From Chiloscyllium plagiosum (taxonomy: Eukaryota), in contig NC_057734.1 of the NCBI RefSeq assembly GCF_004010195.1, positions 29,919,564 through 29,983,563 of the forward strand: 64,000 nucleotides of DNA, read 5' to 3'. A model generated the notes under the pieces. That model did not search any database. It was not told the DNA's origin and saw nothing but the letters and a program-made list of their open reading frames with translations. Positions 62,636 to 64,000 of the stretch are shown here, in pieces (the stretch's first letter is position 1; each line of letters begins with the position of its first letter). The position numbers were made by a program, and so were the translations under genes.

Positions 62636-64000
62636 ATAGCATGGTTAGAAGATTGGCTAACAAATAGAAGACAGAATTGAAAGGGCACTTTCAGGAAGCC
62701 AACCCGTGGAGTATCACAAGGATCAGTGCTCGGGCAACAATTATTTGCAATAGATGTTAATAGCTTGGATTAGGGAATTGAAAGTACAAAAAAGGAGACA
62801 GTTTTGTGGATGACTCAAAAATATGTGGAAAGCAAAGTGGTGAAGATGACACAAAGAATTTACAGGTCGAAATAGACAACGTTGACTCTCCACCTCCTGA
62901 TGCTGCCAGGCTTGCTGTGTTCTTTCAGCCTCCTGCTTGTCTAACTTGGATTCCAGCATCTGCATTTTTTTTTGTCTCTGATAGAGACAAGGGAACAAAA
63001 ACTTGGCAGCTTGGATTTAATGTAGGACAATGTGAGGTTATGTATTTTGGCAGAAAGAATAGAAGAGCTGAATATTATTTAAATGGATAAAGCCTGTAGA
63101 AAGCTACAGTACAAAGGGATTTGAGAGTCCTTGTGCATAAATCACAAATATCTAGCATACAAGCTCATCAGGTAATAAAGGAAAATTGAATGTCGGCCTT
63201 TATTTCAAAGAAACAGAGCATAAAGCTTGTCTATATCCCTCTGCAGACTCACCTTCCTTCCCACCCTGTCCTTTTCTCAGTGATTTTCACTATAAGCTTA
63301 GAGTTGACTGATGACTGGTAAAGTCTAAATGTTTTCCAGTTCATGGGTCTTGGAAGTAGAATTCGTCTGGATTATGATAATTTGTCTTTCACGAGTATGA
63401 AATGATCATTGGATAAAAGAGCTCAATGTAAGGTAGCATCTCGTAACTTAAATAGATAGCTACATTGTAAGTATAAGATTTGAGATCTTTTCCAAAAATC
63501 AAACTAAAAAGAAACAAATGTTTCCAAAGTTTCTTCTAATTTACTGGGTCAATGAAAGGTATTAAATTTTTAAAATAACATGTTTAATCATTCTATTTTG
63601 AATAATTTTTCAATTTAAATTTTATATATCTTTAGATTAGATGAGCCACTTTCACCAGTTTTACACACGAAATGTAAAAACAGTTTATTTTCTTGGATCT
63701 AATTTCTTAAGTCTGTTGCAAGGTTTAATCATGTAAGATATTGGGCAGTTAAACATTCATATCGAATGAATGGATCAGTTGGAATGGATCAGAACAAACT
63801 TCTCACTACAACTGTTTTAATGAGATTTCATCACTTCTTTGATCACTTTATACACTATGAAATGGCAAAATTACACTATTGCAGCTAACAATTAAACTAA
63901 AAGTTTTATTTAGAGAGTTAACATGCAGAGCACCAACATTCATTAGCATTGTTTTAACAAGAAGCTGAAAGAAAAACATCCAAAATTTCAAAATAAGTTG

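Larger units (their letters stand above)
60730..63225 (+). mobile_element. Decayed CR1 LINE with ORF1 esterase remnant and ORF2 pieces, multiply interrupted
   Basis: VVGDS and VVVHVSIND (SGNH-esterase-like ORF1); later MGDLN, DDSKICG and WQLGFNVGQCEV. Confidence 0.65.

Overview
Vertebrate genomic DNA, most likely a shark: it carries HE1/V-SINE-like and SacSINE1/Deu-SINE-like SINEs, abundant CR1-clade LINEs and Penelope-like elements. Four genes are supported. ISCU coding exon 1 is on the - strand (548-631), head-to-head with a complete 19-exon SART3 (+, 1258-33357, about 921 aa, all junctions GT-AG with consistent phases). A complete two-coding-exon FICD/HYPE lies convergent to SART3 (-, 43990-43762 joined to 37614-36533, about 436 aa). 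The last coding exon and long 3'UTR of MTMR3 follow (-, 57945-57774). The most notable non-genic signal is a set of at least three families of short Penelope-derived insertions. Several are arranged as inverted repeats with 10-15 bp target-site duplications, and the more complete copies carry a minimal hammerhead-ribozyme core (CUGANGA-stem II-GAAA-palindromic stem III). One forms a perfect 94-bp-arm palindrome in SART3 intron 11. Other points of interest: ERSE-like elements at the FICD promoter, a 90-bp direct repeat bracketing FICD exon 1 and promoter, a miR-99/100 seed site in the MTMR3 3'UTR, and FICD-MTMR3 adjacency. All calls were made by eye and from recalled family knowledge; no database search was run.
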